A stretch of DNA of 64,000 bases from Gammaproteobacteria bacterium (lineage in GTDB: Bacteria > Pseudomonadota > Gammaproteobacteria > UBA4575). Where the stretch lies: positions 1,882,964 through 1,946,963 of the forward strand of contig OZ252002.1 in assembly GCA_965247265.1 (NCBI GenBank), in the 5' to 3' direction. Positions 62,236-64,000 of the stretch are shown here, piece after piece (the first letter of the stretch is position 1; every line of letters starts with the position of its first letter). The notes under the pieces are model-generated. The model was not told the origin of the DNA and ran no database searches. It saw only the letters and a program-made list of their open reading frames with translations. A program made the position numbers and the translations under genes.

Positions 62236-62996
62236 TTATGTCTGCTGATTTAATTATTTTATTGCTTCCTGCCTTTGTAGCTGGGTGTTTAGTTGCATCA
62301 ACACACGTGCCTCTTGGTATTGAAGTTTTAAAACGTGGAATTATTTTTATCGATCTAGCGATTGCACAAGTCGCGGCGATGGGTGTTGTGATTGGCCACG
62401 TGATTTTCCACAATTCAGGACAATTTCAATCACTTGCGCTTGCTTTAGTATTTGCCTTATTAGGGGGCGGATTATTTGCTTGGCTAGAATCAAAACAGTT
62501 TAAACATTTAGAAGCAATGATCGGCGCAGTTTTTGTAGTGAGTGCATCCATTACGATTCTTCTTCTTACCAAAGATCCTCATGGGATTGAAGCAATGGAA
62601 AAATTACTGGCCGGACAAGTGCTTTGGGTAAAATGGTGGCCAGATTTAGTCGTTACTTTAATCGTTTATTTAATGATTTTACTGGTCTGGTTTCGACGAA
62701 ATATGAATAATTCATCTTTATTTTATTTCATATTTCCAATTGTGGTTACTTTTTCAGTTCAGATCGCTGGTATTTATCTAGTGTTTGCAAGCTTGATCTT
62801 GCCCGCAATTGCTACCTGCCAAATTAGCGGGAAATCTAAGTTACTAAGTGGTTACGCTGTAGCATTGCTGAGCGTAACTCTAGGATTAGTTTTCGCAGTA
62901 TTCTTTGATCTTCCAACTGGGCCTATGATTGTATGCACATACTTTGTAATATCCATGTTGCTGCTTCTAAGTACTTATAGATTCATCAAAATTTGA
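62232..62996 (+). CDS. Metal ABC transporter permease, ZnuB-like (ABC-3 family)
   Basis: 254 aa, polytopic. Start overlaps the stop of the binding-protein gene. Confidence 0.75.
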   Translation: MIMSADLIILLLPAFVAGCLVASTHVPLGIEVLKRGIIFIDLAIAQVAAMGVVIGHVIFHNSGQFQSLALALVFALLGGGLFAWLESKQFKHLEAMIGAVFVVSASITILLLTKDPHGIEAMEKLLAGQVLWVKWWPDLVVTLIVYLMILLVWFRRNMNNSSLFYFIFPIVVTFSVQIAGIYLVFASLILPAIATCQISGKSKLLSGYAVALLSVTLGLVFAVFFDLPTGPMIVCTYFVISMLLLLSTYRFIKI

Positions 62997-63206
62997 TTGA
63001 TAATCCAATATGATTTATTTACAGATATTTCGGTACAAGGAAGTTCAAAGAAGTTTATCTACAGCCAGATAATTTGAGGGCCAGTATTGGGGCAAAATTG
63101 CATGTGATATTGAATTAAATCTATATAATTCAATTACATAAGTTAATTATCAAATAGCTACCGCCCCAGCTAAATGGCACTAATTTTGTTTTACTTATCC
63201 GGGAAT

Positions 63207-64000
63207 CTAGTCCACACCATCAATAAACGTTTCAACGAATGATTTTATCTTGCCAATAATGCGTTCTGTGATCGTGCCGCGTTCTTTGAGATTTGGACGC
63301 GTTTGCATGATGGCTATAACATCATCCCGTAATGGTGTTTTCTCGGTAAATAAATAATCGCCAATTACTTTTTGTAAGCCGTCAACATCAAGTTCCTCTG
63401 CCTCACTCAATTCTTGTACAGCTTTTTGCTTTTCTGTGTTCCAGTATTTCTCAAATGCTTCTCCTACATCGCCATCTTTGGGTATATCTGGGAAATGCTC
63501 TGCAATAAAGCGTTCGAAAAGTTCCTTTTTGCTGCGCAATTGCGTTTCAGAATCAAGAATACTAAGAATCGCTTTATGTTGTTTCTCCTGATCGGCTGGC
63601 TTGGCAGCCTGCATATTCTGCAATAGCGCAATGATATAGCTGACATTGATTTCATCTCGGTGAATCAACTCCAGCTCAAAATCTATATCATCAAGGACCG
63701 AGACTTTTTCCTTCTGTTGATTGGTTTTTACCTTGTCATACAAATCGAGACATTTGCTTTTGTAATCTTCAAAAAGTTGCTCATCCATAGCCAGATCATC
63801 AAAACTAAACTCAGTAAAACAGTTGAGTACGTTTTTAATGCGTATGATTTCTCGGAAAGCTTGGATAAAACTGGCTTCGTCTTCTTCAGTATGTAATTCG
63901 TTCACACTATCAACCGTCGGAGCAATTGATAGCAATTCTGCAACTGCCTCGGCAAACCGCTCAATGTATTTCTCATAGGGCTGCAAAGTGATTTCTTCAA
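63207..64000 (-). CDS. Type I restriction enzyme R subunit, C-terminal region (partial, gene continues past window end)
   Basis: C-terminal domain pattern of HsdR (DUF3387-like: ...FDDLAMDEQLFEDYKSKCLDLYDKV...). The ORF is open to the window edge. Confidence 0.55.
   Translation of the reverse strand, partial: EEITLQPYEKYIERFAEAVAELLSIAPTVDSVNELHTEEDEASFIQAFREIIRIKNVLNCFTEFSFDDLAMDEQLFEDYKSKCLDLYDKVKTNQQKEKVSVLDDIDFELELIHRDEINVSYIIALLQNMQAAKPADQEKQHKAILSILDSETQLRSKKELFERFIAEHFPDIPKDGDVGEAFEKYWNTEKQKAVQELSEAEELDVDGLQKVIGDYLFTEKTPLRDDVIAIMQTRPNLKERGTITERIIGKIKSFVETFIDGVD

Noticed and set aside
1-64000. CRISPR arrays and rRNA genes
   Set aside because: No regularly spaced short direct repeats with unique spacers and no rRNA-like conserved blocks were seen. 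The only regular tandem repeat is the in-frame coding repeat at 24730-24935.

Overview
AT-rich bacterial chromosome segment (gammaproteobacterial gene content) from a sulfur-oxidising chemolithotroph. Sulfur genes present: soxYZ, fccAB flavocytochrome c, yeeE/yedE, and a DsrE2-like protein. There are many disrupted genes. (1) Positions 1-9040 hold a complete minus-strand type II secretion operon, gspC-D-E-F-G-H-I-J-K. gspD carries an in-frame TAG plus a frameshift and gspE carries a 1-nt deletion; the other gsp genes look intact. (2) A tRNA-Glu (UUC) at 9203-9278 is followed by a visibly GC-richer islet with a decayed IS3-family element and a secreted amidohydrolase. A stray tRNA 3' fragment sits at the far side of the islet. 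(3) Positions 13.2-18.5 kb hold truncated or frameshifted periplasmic and outer-membrane genes: a PPIase-like gene, a sulfatase fragment, a TAXI-type binding protein, a lipase-like hydrolase, and a glycine-zipper gene split at an A8 run. (4) Positions 18.7-28.6 kb form a sulfur-oxidation neighbourhood: a DsrE2-like protein, a DUF3365 c-type haem protein, fccB-fccA, a NapC/NirT-type tetrahaem cytochrome, YeeE/YedE, soxZ-soxY, and a HAD dehalogenase. Inside it are three consecutive same-strand genes for secreted, extremely methionine-rich proteins. One carries 21/24-bp tandem repeats encoding MMNPMMG(G) plus a CXXCH motif, and one is fused to a DUF302 domain. I could not assign this trio to any family I recognise, and it is the most novel-looking feature of the window. 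(5) Positions 29-44 kb hold housekeeping and accessory genes: a fadL remnant, the rSAM/selenodomain-associated transferase pair, dusA, an M17 aminopeptidase, an ABC-2 exporter, an ExeA-like AAA+FHA protein, a P450, fur, a NodT outer-membrane-factor remnant, a SnoaL-like protein, and a methyltransferase. (6) Positions 44.6-59.6 kb are a graveyard of acquired DNA. It contains a GC-rich myo-inositol-1-phosphate synthase islet, two tyrosine integrases, two AlpA regulators, a HigA-like orphan, a frameshifted AAA_13-type ATPase next to a frameshifted DUF2130 gene, and a terminase small-subunit pseudogene. It also holds three cassette-like small genes, each preceded by a conserved ~21-nt motif. (7) Positions 59.6-63 kb hold an outer-membrane barrel plus a znuA/znuB-like metal uptake pair with no znuC. 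The 3' end of a type I restriction R subunit runs off the window end. No rRNA or CRISPR array was seen.
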